From contig NC_045696.1 in NCBI RefSeq assembly GCF_009834535.1, positions 20,338,001 through 20,402,000 on the forward strand: a stretch of 64,000 nt of DNA, given 5' to 3'. A program made the translations under genes and the position numbers. Shown here piece by piece: positions 38,886 through 52,225 of this stretch; the first letter of the stretch is position 1; the number at the start of each line of letters is the position of its first letter. This DNA is from Camelus ferus. Taxonomy: Eukaryota. The notes beneath the pieces were generated by a model. The model was not told the origin of the DNA. It did no database searches and saw nothing but the letters and a program-made list of their open reading frames with translations.

Positions 38886-38991
38886 ACCTGTTTTGAGCGT
38901 CACTGGCCTATAATTCTCTTTCTCTGCTATTCTCAAATACCTGTTTTGAGCGTCACTGGCCTATAATTCTCTTTCTCTGCTATTCTCAAAT
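38886..38991. repeat. Perfect 53-bp tandem duplication
   Basis: acctgttttgagcgtcactggcctataattctctttctctgctattctcaaat x2. Confidence 0.95.
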
Positions 38992-39372
38992 AATGACATT
39001 TATAACAAAAGGATGTTCAGACAGAATACATCCTCTCCTTAACAGAGATATCCCTATAATATAAAACTACCTATGTCAATAACTTACTTTTCTGTAGTAG
39101 GAAGTTTACTTAGAAGCAAGCAATATTTTAAGTGATGTTTATGATCACTTTTCATAAAGTATCAATACACTTACTATAAAATGTAAAATGAAATCAGTTA
39201 ACAGATTTTTAAACTACTAATTCTTTCACAGTGTATTTTATTTCCATAAACTAAAATAATTTAAATACAGAAAGAACCTTTTTATCTTACTTAACTTTTT
39301 ACCATGTCAATTCTGTTTTCTAACCTTTATTTTTCTTCAGATTTTTACAAATATTTTATACAAAGGGAAAAT

Positions 39373-39373
39373 T

Positions 39374-39412
<39 letters not shown>
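39373..39412. repeat. (TTTA)10 microsatellite
   Basis: Direct reading. Confidence 0.95.
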
Positions 39413-39459
39413 TGAACTTAGGGGAGGTTAGCACTCAAAATATTTTTTATTTTTCTTTT

Positions 39460-39725
39460 TCATTACTTGTTCTTCAAAACTGCTATGGTCCTTCGCATTC
39501 TTATACACTCTGTAGAATAAGTTTGTCAAATTCTACAAAAACATCTGCTAGGATATTTATAGGGATGGCCTTACATCTATAGATAAACTTGAGGAGACCT
39601 GAGATCTTAACTGCACTGAGTCTTCCAACCAATTAGCATAGCATATTGCTCTGTCAATAACATGCCTCCTAATTTCTTTCAACAATATTTATAGTCTTCA
39701 GTACACAGGTCTTGCACATATGATG
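39460..39725 (-). mobile_element. Old L1 ORF2 fragment
   Basis: 'tagaataagtttgtcaaattctacaaaaa...ctgagtcttccaacc'. Confidence 0.75.
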
Positions 39726-39839
39726 TCTTTTGATTGGAATGCTTAAACTACCTTGGTCTAATAGGACTTAAATGTGAACTCCACATGTAACTTTAAAATG
39801 TACTAATGGTCACAATAAAAAAAGTAAAAATAAATAATA

Positions 39840-40810
39840 CTCAAGGCAATCTACAGATTCAATGCAATCCCTACCAATAAACCAATGGAATTTTTCACAG
39901 AAGTAGAACAAATAATTCTGAAATTTGCATGGAAACACAAAAGAGACTGAATAGCCAAAGCAATCTTGAGGAAACAGAGCTGGAGGCATCATGGTCCCTG
40001 ACTTAAGACTATACTACAAAGCTACAGTAATCAAAACAGTATGGTATTGGCACAAAAACAGATACATAGATCAATGGAGCAGAATAGAGAGCCCAGAGAT
40101 AATCCCACACATTAATAGTCAATTAATCTATGACAAAGAAGGCAAGAACATACAATGGAGAAAAGACAGTCTCTTTGATAAGTTATGCTAAAAAAAAACT
40201 GGATAACTACATGTAAAAAGAATAAAATTAGAACATTTTTTCACACCATATACAAAAATAAACTCAAAATGGATTAAAGAACTAAATGTAAGACTGGAAA
40301 CCACAAAATTCCTAGAAGAAAACATAAACAGAACACTCTTCAACATAAATGGTAGCAATATTTTTTTGGATCTGTCTCCTGAGGCAAAAGGAACAAAAAC
40401 AAAAATAAATAAATAGAATCTAATTATATTTAAAAGCTTTTGCAGAGAAAAGGAAATCCCAGACAAAATGAAAAGACAGGCTACTAAAATGTGAAAAAAT
40501 ACTTGCAAATGACAGGTTCAATAAGGATTAATATCTTAAACATATAAACAGTACACACAACTCAATATCAAAAAAAAACCCTAAACAACCCAACTGAAAA
40601 ACTAATAGAAGATGTGAATAGACATTTTTCCAAAGAAGACATACAAATGGCCAACAGGCACAAAAAAGATGCTCAACACTGCTAATCATCAGAGAAATGC
40701 AAATCAAAATCACAGTATCATCCCACACCTGTTAGAATGACCATTACCAAAGACAAAAAGTAAGTATCGCTTAGGAGAAAAGGGAATCTGTGCACTCTTG
40801 GTGGGACTGC
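39840..40810 (+). mobile_element. Younger L1 ORF2 C-terminal fragment, no 3' UTR
   Basis: ORF 39991-40191 [34 protein letters not shown] is canonical L1 ORF2p; frameshifted. Confidence 0.95.
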
Positions 40811-42010
40811 TTTTAATTTCTCATTCTTCATAGGTATTTTTATCTCATACCATCACCTTTATACTAAATAACATTCTATTTCAACATCTCTTATAGTGCA
40901 AGTGTACTAGTGATAATTTGCCTGTTTATTTTTTTTTTCTCTCAGAAAAATTGATTCCTTTTTGAAATATAGTTTTGTGGTCTGAAAGGTTTTTTTTTTT
41001 CTTTTAGTACTTTTATGGTGTTTCCCTTGCTTTATTTTGCTTCATTCTTTTCTAGCTGATATGGATTCTGATAAGAAGTGTCATAAAATCATTGTAATGC
41101 CATAAAAACTATGAGTGTTTTAATTTTTTCTAGCTTATTAACATTTTTAAAAATTATTTGTTTTCAATGATTACATTATAGTGGAATTTGTGTGGTTTTC
41201 ATCATTCTATTCTACTTGGGGTTCACTGATCTTCTCATATATGGGTTTATATTTTTCATCATTATTTGGAAATTTTTCAGCCATTATGACTTTCCATTTT
41301 TCCCCCTTTCTCTTCTATTTCTAAGATTCCAATTATACATATGTTAAACATGAATATTTCCCACAAGTCACTGCAGTTCTGTGATTTTTTTAAAAAATCT
41401 TTTTCCTCCATATTTTACTGTGTTTTAATTTGGATAGTTACTATAGATGTCTTCCAATTCACTGATCTCATTTTGCACAGTATCTAATTTGCTACTGTCC
41501 CCATTAAGTATATTTTGATTTCATGGTATTTTATGTTTGTTTCCTAGAAATAGAATTTGGATTTTTGTTTCATTTTTTTCAATTTTTCATCATTGGGTTT
41601 GTGCTTTATTTCTACCAACAGGAATTACAAATTATATTTATAGCCACTGGCTTAACACTTTTATCTGTTAATTGGATTGCTGAGGGGTATTTCTGCAAAT
41701 TGCTGGGTCTCCTCTCTATTCAGCTTCCTCTTGGTTCAGTTACCTTCTCTCATTTGTTGCACCCCAGAATTTCTAGTCTCCTTGGTCTTTCTGATCTGTG
41801 ATTTCTGGCCTGTCAATTGAGTGAAATTTTGGTTTCTATATTCCTCTTTCCTTTCATGACACCTGGAAACTCCTTCCTAGAAATAAATTGGGATATTCAC
41901 AGGGCTTGGCTTGTTTTATTCCCTTGTCTCAGAGACTACTGACTTGCACTACTTATTGTCCAACACTGAAAAGCCTTTGTCTGAAATATGTTATCTGGCT
42001 TTCTGGCTGT
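40811..42010 (-). mobile_element. Old L1M ORF1-region fragment
   Basis: 'tttttcatcattatttggaaatttttcagccattat' and 'tcttccaattcactgatc' parallel the L1 at 30280-30550. Confidence 0.7.
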
Positions 42011-43825
42011 TCAAGGCAGAAGGGTAAACCAGTCCATACATCCTTTTTTTTTAAAAAATTCACCATAGTCTAATAATGTTTCTGTACATAACTGTTCTTC
42101 AATTCCTGGAAGGGGGTAGGAATCACAATAAACAACTTCTAAAACTTCAATTTATCTTGGATATATACTGCTTTTAAAAAATTCCACATTTTTATGCCAT
42201 TATGTACAACTAATAGTATAAACTAGTTCGACAGTGAAATTAAATTAAATGCACCTCAGCCAAGCTTTTAATCATAATATTAATTTCATAATCTATGGAT
42301 TAAGAACACTAGTTGTATTGGCTTGAATAAAGCCACAAATCTAGTAACACTTTATAGAGTTTTTTGAATTATTAGGTTTGTTCTATCTGAAATTTTCTGG
42401 AAAAGAAGTAAGAATCCAGTGTTCTTTTTTAAATATGACATGGATTTTTCTTTTACATACATCCACAAAACAGTTTCATTGCTACTCTATTAAATTTCAG
42501 ACATTCCAGATTTAATAGTAATTCTTAGGATGAATTTATCATTGATTGCATTCATTTTCTTTCTTCATTTCACTGCCAAGGATGAGGTAAAGTTAGCATT
42601 TTTAGGCTACACAAGATAGAATATCATATATCTGATGTCCATTTAAAATGAACAAGTGCAAAATTTATAACTCATCTGAGAACATTTAATATTCTTTTAT
42701 CCTTCAGCAGTTAATGTAAAGGACCATGGAAAACAGTTTTACAACACTCAGTTTAATGAGTAGAAAATATCCTCTTATCATTTTCATCCTTTTAAACATT
42801 TCATCATCACCCCATGGTGCAGAGAGCAGCTGTTTATATGGAAGTCAAATTTTCCTATGGCATATAATTGTTTTAAAAAGTCCCAAGACTTCATGGCAAT
42901 CTTACTAAACACTACTGTTCTCGTTTTAAATTACATATTATATACTAAAATATGTGTGCTTCTCCTCAAGTCATTACAATTATAATTGCCATATGAAATA
43001 AGGATTAAATGAAAAGTGAGCCATGGTTCAATGAATGCAAATTATCAGGAGAGGGCATCAACACGACCATAGTGTTATTCAACTAAGGCAAGCAATTCAT
43101 TCTACCCCCTACATAAATTAAATATATATAAAATATCAAATCATTAATCCAGTAATTTACAAAACTTATGTGTGGTCAGATTATGCAGTATTTGATAACA
43201 AAAATATTGGTGGCAAATAAGTTTGTTTCAGTCCTTGCTTATGTGTGTATGTGCATAGGAAATATGACTTTTCTCTCTCTGAATATTACCTACTACTAAA
43301 ATGCCCTAATATATGATACCTAAATGCATACTTGTTATCTTGAGCAAAACACTGTGAAGATAGTCTTAATACTTTAATATATTTATTTTTTAAAGATTAA
43401 AATATTGTTTCTTATTTTAATATTGAGAGGGATGAAAAAATGGGATTATTACAGTGAAAATGTATCCACAAGAGGAAAGATAAATAACAGAAATAAGTGC
43501 AATAGTAGACTTCCTAACATTATGTCAATAAATCACGAAACTCACAATGTATTTACCAAAACTTTAACTAGTATATTAGTTATTCTCACAAACTCAGGAG
43601 TTGGCTCATTTTAAGTGCCATATATTCAATCCAAATATAAAAATGGCATAAATCACCAATAAGAAATCCAATCCTACCAAGCATTTCTGATTTTTATGGG
43701 CTTTACTAAAGATGTTTGAGGGGCGAAGAGATTGTTCACAACCATAGCACACTGACAAATCCACATAACTCTTTTCATTCTGTAAGATTTCTTGGTCAAA
43801 TTGCCCCTGACAACCACTCCCCAAA

Positions 43826-44205
43826 ATAGGCTAAACTGTGTCCCCCACAAAATTGTATACTGATGCCTAACCTCTAGTACCTCAGAATGTGACTTTAGGA
43901 AGAGAAAGGGTCTTTAAAGAGGTAATCAAGGTTAAATGAGATCATTAGGGTAAGTCTTAATCCAAGATGACTGGTGTTGACTGGTGTCCTTGTAAGATGA
44001 AATTAGGACAGACACACACAGAGGGAAGACTGTGTGAAGACACTGAGAGAAGATACGCAACTACACATCAAAGAAAGAGGCCTCAGAAGAAACCAACACC
44101 GCCAACATCTTGATCTTGGACTTCTATCTTCCGGAATTGTGAGAAGATAAATGTCTACTGTTTTTGACGTTGTCTGTGGTACTTTGCAAAATAAGCAGCC
44201 AGTAT
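43826..44205 (+). mobile_element. MaLR LTR (MLT1B-like)
   Basis: 'ggctaaactgtgtcccc...agtacctcagaatgtgact...gagaggcctcagaagaaaccaac...ttgatcttggacttc'. Confidence 0.85.
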
Positions 44206-47194
44206 ACCACATTCAGCACCTATTAAGTTTTCTCTTCCCTCTTAGATATCATGAGTATATGACCCAAAGTATTAGAAGACTGTCCTTCCTAGAGATCTAC
44301 ATCATATAACAGTTTTTAATATTTCTATCATGGCTTGGAAATAGAACTGACAGAAGAAGGGAAAAGGGTAATGAAACCTCTTTACTTGGTCTCTTTGGCT
44401 TTGCAAGTCTATACATCACTAACTCCTAAAACATGAAATTTTTAGTATTTTTTAAATTTCATTTTGATACACAAAAGAAATTTTAATTGAAATTTGTTTT
44501 CATGTGCTTTTAACTTAGAAGAAAAAAATGTGTGCTGAAATTTCTGATATAATTTTAAAACGAAATGTTTCTGCTGAGAGCTATCATTTAGAAATACCAT
44601 CCACTAAATTTTACATACCTTAAAATAATAAGGCTTCTCCCTAAATATATACATCTTGAATACGGTGAGAAGATCACAATTTAGGACTATTTTCTCAGGA
44701 ACATGCAGGAATACTATTGCTTTTTAAAAGACTGGTAGTTCACATCCTGTTACATTTCTATCTTGTTTATTATTTATGAGCAAATATGTATATAAAATAA
44801 TGTACAGATTTTAATACTGAAAATGATTTAGAGATATTAGAGCAAAAGCTTACTTTTTTTTCTCAGTGATGAAAATGGACATAGATTTGAGATCATAATT
44901 TTTTAATACTTTCAGTCACGTTTCTGTTGTTTGACTTATTCTGGAATTTTCAACTGATCTTTCTACTTCTACTTTCAGCATTGTGTGACTTAACACCTAT
45001 GCTCACGAGTGCTCATCAACACTACACACACAAACACACACACAGACGCTTTCACAGGCACAGGATTTTGAGGCTTGCTGTAGCTCAAAAGCATTTAACA
45101 GATGAATTTAAAGCACTTATACAGCTTAGATATATAAACATCATAATCTAAAGACTTCTCCAGAATTGACTACTTGGGTCATACTACTTGAGAAAACTGG
45201 TCATGGAGAGATGAGAGGTTGTATATGTGAAGTGGAGTAAATCATCTCTTGAGATAAATGCTTATTGGCAATAGGCTTCTGGAATTAGGACTAGACACAG
45301 AAGAAATGTGTGTTCTATTAATATTATGATCTATAATAAAGAATGTTAAATTCATTAGCCCCTCTAATAATCCCTTGACTTTCTTTCTGAAATATAAGAG
45401 AACATAAGTTCATGTTTCCCAAATGGAGAATGCTATTTCCTCCTCTATGTCCACTTACTATCTTTGTAAAGGTTACATTTCCTTACAAAATCAAGAGTCC
45501 AGTTCCTAATTTCCAGCATAATATTATTTACTCATTCCCACCTTACTGAAGTTCAAGACTTCCTAGACTACTGCCAGGTGCTCTAATCTCTGAACCATGG
45601 TACAATATTACTTTCCTGAAAATATGGAGGTAATTTTTTTTTATCTTTGCCTTTTCTATTTTTTTCTCTTCTTTCTCTTGCTACTTAGTGTAGGGTGCTG
45701 CCCTTGCAGGGATTTCTTCTCTATGATGTCTGCATATAAATACAGTTCTATGAGAAATGCTCGAAAAGCTGTTCACTCACCTTAATGAACATTACTTACA
45801 GGGAGAAAGCCATATTACCCTGGTATTTGGTAACCCCTGAATTGAAAGGTGACAGGAGCCCTACCTTTGCTGGCCTGCAATGTGTCAAAATGTAGAATCA
45901 TATATCCTGCTGGTATAACACTGAAAGACTTTTTAATACCATATCCTCTTTGCCATTCTTTTTTTATCTATTAAACATTGGATTTATTGGTGAGATTATG
46001 TATGGTGGAACTTGGGTGGGGGGTAATGAATTAGATAAATTTTGTTTTCTCAAATCTGTATCCACAAATAGCAGGGCTAATAAGAAAAGCAGGCTAGAAA
46101 ATTTACCTGTTTTTCCTGCCTTTACTGAAGAGGCTACTGAATACCTCAGAAGTCTTATGTTAATGCAATTTCTCCTCTTTGTTTGGAGGGAGGGTCTAAA
46201 AATTCGTATCAATACTACTGGTAAATTTATCATTTTGGAGTAAAAGGACTATGTAAATTCACATTATACTATGTTCATTACCTTAAGTATAGGAAGTTTT
46301 ATTTGATTGTTCAACATTTTTCAAAACATATGTTTTCTTTTTAAGATGCTTCTGCTACAATCCAAATTGTAATTAGAAATTGCCTGCCAGAAGTCACCCA
46401 ACAGGTTTTTATAGTAGGCTTGACGTAAGTAATAACAGAGGAAATGAACAGTATCATAAATCTAGTTAGTGACATTTCCTGTGGGATAATACAGAAATCA
46501 CAGTTCTATTCTGATATTTTAAAAATGTTAGGGCTGAAAGGAACAAGTCACAATCAGCAAGTAATTATCAATAATATCTCTGAGGTTTCCTTAACACGCT
46601 GACAGATCAAAACTTAACAAAATAAGAACTGTATACCAAAAAAAGATATATATCATGTAGCTCAAGAAGGCAGCAAATGTAAAGCATCATTCTTACCTGA
46701 CTATAACACGGCAATGCACTGGGAAGCTTGGGAGGGACTCAAGGACACTTGGCAAGCTAAAGATAAGGAAATTCAATTTTCCAGTTAAGTAGACGAGAAG
46801 AAATGATAGGTATACTGCTACTTGGATTAGAGTGACATACATATTTTTCCTGTTCTTCACAGGATGATACGAGGTCTGCACACTCCAATGGTGAGCCCTC
46901 TCCCAGGGCTGCCATTAGCTGGTTGTGTTTCTGTGAATAAATCATTTCTATAGACCTTGACTTTATCTTCCATCAAATGAGTAATAAGATATTGGCAATA
47001 AACAGTCTTCTCCTTACCCTCCACCACGAATACCTAGGCACACATGATGACCAGAAACCTATAAATGGCACTATAAAAATGAAAGGAAGGTAAGGAGATA
47101 CATGTGACATATTACTAATGAAAGACACAAATTTCATTCTTCCTTGTCTTGCCTATTAGAAGACCATTTTGTTTTGTCCAGGAGGTGTGATATC

Positions 47195-47305
47195 TCATTT
47201 ATTAATTCGCCTGCATGTATTTATTGCATGCCTACTACCTGCCAGGCAGTATTCTAGGCATCAGGACCCAGGAGTAAACAAATCAGAGGCCCTAACTTCC
47301 TGGAA
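47195..47305 (-). mobile_element. L2 3' end
   Basis: 'tatttattgcatgcctactacctgccaggcagtattctaggc'. Confidence 0.7.
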
Positions 47306-47665
47306 TTTATGTGACCTCTTTAGGCTCTCGTCTAGCTTGGATTGTCTGGATGGAGTTCTGCTTAGTAAAATGGGGTTAGTTAAGTGGGAATTCTAAGGGA
47401 TCTATCTTGTCTTCATTAAAACAAGAAAAGGCTCAGCTGAAATTTGCCCTTTGCCAATCTTTCTTCTCCTTCCTCCTGCTCCATTCCTACCTAGGATGAC
47501 AATGAAATATATAGAATTGTAAGTCATATTGTAGCTTGGGGTAGATTAGTGCATTTTAAAAATTACATTAATTACAGAATGTACAGAGAAAAAATAATGA
47601 TCACAAAAAATTACATATATAGAATTATAGGATGTGCAGAGAAAAAATAATGGTCACAATATGTG

Positions 47666-48065
47666 TATTTATTAGTCAACTAGTGCTACCATAACAGAAT
47701 ACCATATAGACTAAGTGACTTAAACAACAGGAATTGATTTTCTCCCAGTTCTGAAGGCCAGAAGTCAAAGATCAAGGTTCCAAAGCTGGCAGGGCTAGTT
47801 TTGGAAGAGGCCTCTCTCCTTGGCTTGCAGGATGGCCACCTTCCTGCCGTGTCCTCACACGGAATGTCCTCTGTGTGCATGCACTCCTGGTGTCTTCTCT
47901 TCTTCCTGTGATGACACTAGACTCACTGGATTGAGGCCTCACACTTATGACCATATTTAACCTTAATTACCTTTCTATAGGCCCTATTTCCAAATATAGT
48001 CACATTGTGGGTTGGTGGTTTAACTTACAAAATTTTGTGGAGGGGACACAATTCAGTCCTTAACA
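47666..48065 (-). mobile_element. MaLR LTR (MLT1A-like)
   Basis: Perfect 5-bp TSD ATGTG (47661-47665 / 48066-48070); motifs 'ccataacagaataccatatagact' and 'ggggacacaattcagtcc'. Confidence 0.9.
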
Positions 48066-48649
48066 ATGTGAAGCCATGTTGACAACTGTTTTTCTTCATG
48101 CTTGCCTTCAAATGTTTTCTAAGAGCACTTAAACATGGCATCTTCATTTTCTGTGCCAGTCCAATATTTAATAACTGACTTTGTTGGCCAAATGGTAATC
48201 TCTTTTTCTCTATTTTCTTTGACTAGCCCACTATCCTCAAAGCTGTTGTCCATCTCTGCTTCTTCATCCCTATTAATCCTAAATGTTTTATCCTCTGATC
48301 TTACAGTCAGCATGCTAATAAACATTTCAGAAAATACCATATGACCATAAAATTCTGCTTTTTTTTTTTTTTTTACTGGGCCCACTCGATTCTATTTCTA
48401 TGCCCGTTAAAGACTTATTCTTCCTTAAAGACTACTGCAAATAAATCCACTACTGTGACACATTTCCTAACCCCAAGTAGAATTAATTTTTCTATTCTTT
48501 CTACCGCCACTACACCAAGAGGATAGTTCCATTAGAGTAATTGTGATTTCACTGTGTTTGTTTAAAAGTCTGTGTCTTCTACTAGAGAGTAAAAAGTTTA
48601 TCAGAATTCAGCCTAGTATCAAGGATAAATTGAGCTCTCAAAGTTGTTA

Positions 48650-48860
48650 TATATTATTACTTGCTCTGCCACTCTATTCCATGTGACACTCTTGTTCCCT
48701 GATATTGGAACAAATCAGTTCAACTCACTGACCCTCAGTTTCCTTATCATTAAAGTGGAATTATAATATATAGGACTGAACATAATATATAGGACTGAAT
48801 ACGTGAGAGACTCTAGCACATGTTTGACACACAGTAGATCCTTGGTTAATAATTACTTAG
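48650..48860 (+). mobile_element. MIR with an internal 19-bp-period duplication
   Basis: 'cctcagtttccttatcattaaagtgga'; ataatatataggactgaa x2 at 48763-48799. Confidence 0.7.
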
Positions 48861-48941
48861 ATTTACATATACACTTATTTTTGTCTATTAAGTCCTAGAC
48901 TAGGAAGAAAGAGATGCAAAGTGTTTCCCTACTTGATGAGT

Positions 48942-49918
48942 CAGTGTAGGACCCAAGTTTTGTGGGACCTGAAGCTTATATACATTGGAGTACAACTTTA
49001 AAAAATAATATAAGATTAAGAATACAAAATTACAAAACTAAGTTAAAATACAACTACTTATCTTGAGAGATAAAGGAGTTAATGAAATTACACATTTTAA
49101 AGAACAGATAAAAATCATAAAATGCAGAAACATTATCCTTTTTTTGGTTAACTGACTGCCTGAGACATATAGTTTATATTTTACATATTTTGGCTACATA
49201 GTCCTAGAACTTTTTTATTTGATAAGTCTTTTGCTGTAGCATTTTCTAGAGAAAGAAAATTTAGTCTTAGAATTGGTAAGATTGACCCTTTTTAACTGAC
49301 AGATTTCTTTTATCAATCCATTACTGCTAATGACATGTGAAATTTGGAGATTGCTGCCAGATTCGAGGAAAAGTTCTATTTAGTTTTATTCATATATAAA
49401 ATGAATGATTTGAAAGAATTTTCCAAGGAGTGACTTCTAGCTTTCTGCACTTAAACTATTTTTTGTTTTATCTCAACTACCCACATAAGACACATTCTCA
49501 TAAAACTTCTGGCCCTGAACCTTCATGTCAAGTGTCTGAGGGGTCCATATCATGACCAGTAATAGCACCTGGACAACTAGTCATAATTTAACATGAAAGT
49601 GTCCACAAACACATTAAGCCTGAACTAACACTCTTGAGTTCAACCTCCCCTTACCCTAAATCCCAAAATGCTCATGGCTACTACTTCACAGTAATACTAA
49701 AGGTGTGAAAAATGAAGGGTAGAAGTTCAAGTAAAAAGAGACAGAAGTATCAGTAAATTTTGTTTGTAATATCTAATATTTGCACCTTTTACAAAGCATA
49801 TGACATGTGAACACTCTGCTAAGGTCCTTCCCAGCAACTTGAAAGGAGCTGATGCAAACGACTGCTGCTTATTACTCAGTTCCAACTCATTACTGGCTTC
49901 ATGGTAAATCTACCTCTG
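48942..49918. mobile_element. MER63C/D-like hAT-Blackjack DNA transposon
   Basis: Ends 'cagtgtaggacccaagttttgtgggacctgaagcttata' and 'gcttcatggtaaatctacctctg'; ~980 bp fits the long MER63 variants. Confidence 0.8.
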
Positions 49919-50264
49919 GTTATAGAGTCAATCTTTTGGATAGGAATACAACAACACACACCAATGGTTCTCAAAGAAGATAGGATTTCAATGTTCCATA
50001 AAGCATGAGGCAGATTTAAGGAAAATACTTGGTTAGAAGAGAAAGAGGGGAAAGGCAGAAATAGAGAAAGAAAATCATATGATGTGTCTACGGGTACAGT
50101 AAACAGGAGGTTAGCTAAGGTAAGGGAGTGGAGGAATTGATAGGTTTGGAATGAGAGTTGAGGACTAACTGTATACTAATCAAAACTGTGAGCTGAGGAG
50201 TTTATTCTCTGTATGACTAGCAATGAAAGATCTTGAGGAGGGATGGAATATGATCAAAGTACCT

Positions 50265-50400
50265 GGAACACAGATGAAGAAACTAAGGCACAGAGACATT
50301 ACATGAATTGCAGTTTGGAGAGAAAGCCCGTATCATGTAAACATGTGAACTGGGTATTGATACATATTTTTCAGTCTCCAAGACTCATACTAAGCTCTAA
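50265..50400 (-). mobile_element. MIR fragment
   Basis: 'acagatgaagaaactaaggcacagaga'. Confidence 0.65.
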
Positions 50401-50864
50401 CGCAAATGACAAATTACTATCCCGTTCTGAATTTCCTAAGAATTCACCTCAAAAAAGGTGAATTAGATGACTGCTTTTATATAGAATAACCAAATAGCTA
50501 GAAAGATGCTTTGATTAATTTGTGAAAATGTTAATGTATTCAAAGCAAATGTTAGAATACTATTTATTCTTTATTTTTTAGCACTCTACATTAAATATAA
50601 CATTAAAATAAACAAATGCCTCTTATTAAACAAAAGATTGAAAAAACTAATTTGATAGTAAGAATCACATTTAAAGTACTGAATACTTGAAGTCTGCTAC
50701 ATATGAATCATGCAGTGACATCTATAAAGACAAAGGAGTATCCTCTAATTCATATATTTCACAGTTTAACTTATAAGGTGTACTGAAAGCAAGGACTACT
50801 CTAAGTACATCTCAAAAATCATGGTCTAGAAAAATGAGCTGAGAAAATAGTCTTCTGAAAGTAT

Positions 50865-51560
50865 TTTAATCTTTATATCAGATTTATTGAGATAATTTAC
50901 ATAGAGTAAAATGAACTTTTTTCAAGGGGACATTCCACTGAATTCTGATACATGGACATAGTCATGCAACCATCACCACAAATAAAATATAAAACATGAG
51001 CCCAAAACATTCTATCAGTCCCAAACATTCTCTTGTGCCCTTTGCAATCAATCCACACCCCTCCCCACACCACTACTCACTGGCAACTACTTTGAATCCT
51101 GTCTTTATAATTTTGACTTTTTCGGAATATCATAGAAGTAGAATCATACAGATACAGCGTTTTGTTTTGTATTTGTTTTATACCTGGCTTCTTTAACTTA
51201 GTATAAAGATTTTGAATTCATCTGTGTTGGTACATATATAAGCAATTTGCTTCTTTTTATTGTTTAGTAGTGTAACATTACACAGTACTGCCATGATTTG
51301 TTTATCTATTTTCCAGTTAAAGGTGTTTTAATAATTACCAGTTTAGGATTAACATGAATAATGCCTTTATGAACACTTCATATAAAAATATTTGTGTGGA
51401 CACAGACTGTCATTTCTTTTGGGTTGATACCTAGCATTTTACCAAGCAATTCCACTGCTAAATATTTACTTTTATAGGAGACAACTATATTGCTTTTCTA
51501 AGTGGCTGTATTATCTTCCATCCCCATCAGCTATGTGTAAGAGTGCAGTTACTTTGGAAC
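50865..51560 (-). mobile_element. L1MC/MD-like 3' end
   Basis: 'tttattgagataatttacatag...gtcatgcaaccatcaccaca...ctggcttctttaacttag'. Confidence 0.85.
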
Positions 51561-51739
51561 CATCTGCTTTTGCTATATTTAGAGATTTCAGAACACTAAA
51601 CCTAACCACTCCTCCTTTAATGTTTATAAGGTTCAGATTTGCATATTTAAAGGTCTATTACTGAACATATAGACAATTAGGAAACATATATTCATGATAA
51701 AATAACCATTTAATAATTATTAAATATTCCTCTTCATAA

Positions 51740-52225
51740 AATTGAAAGGCAATTGCAGATGTAATTAAGGTCTAAATCTATTGATTTTGAGTTAATTAAA
51801 AGGGCAATTATTCTCAGTGGGCTTGAATTAATCAAAGGAAAAGAGCCCTTCCTGAAGTTAGAAATTCTATGTTGCTGGGTTTGAAGAAGTCTATTCCCAT
51901 GAATTAAGCAGACATGTTGAGGAAGAAAATATTGCAAAGAACCATGGATGGCAAGAACAGGAAGCCTCAGTTCTACAGCTGAAAGGAAATGAATGCTGCC
52001 AACATTCTTCGGAAGCAAGGAAGTGGATCCTTCCCCAGTTCAGCCTCTGATGATGCTGCAGATCCAAACAACGAGACTGCAGACTGGGGAGACTTTGAAG
52101 CACAGAACCTAGTTAAGCTGCACCTGGAATTGTGACCTATAGAAAATGTAGGTTTGCTCTTTTTTTTTTTTTTTTTTTTTGAAAGCCACCTAGTTGGATG
52201 AAGTTTATAATACAACATTAACAAC
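51740..52225 (+). mobile_element. MaLR LTR (MLT1E-like), 5' truncated
   Basis: 'tgcagatgtaattaaggtc...ttgattttgagttaattaaaaggg...gaaatgaatgctgccaaca'. Confidence 0.8.

Noticed and set aside
39991..40191. ORF with a clear protein match
   Set aside because: Fragment of L1 ORF2p in a frameshifted, truncated element; not a host gene.
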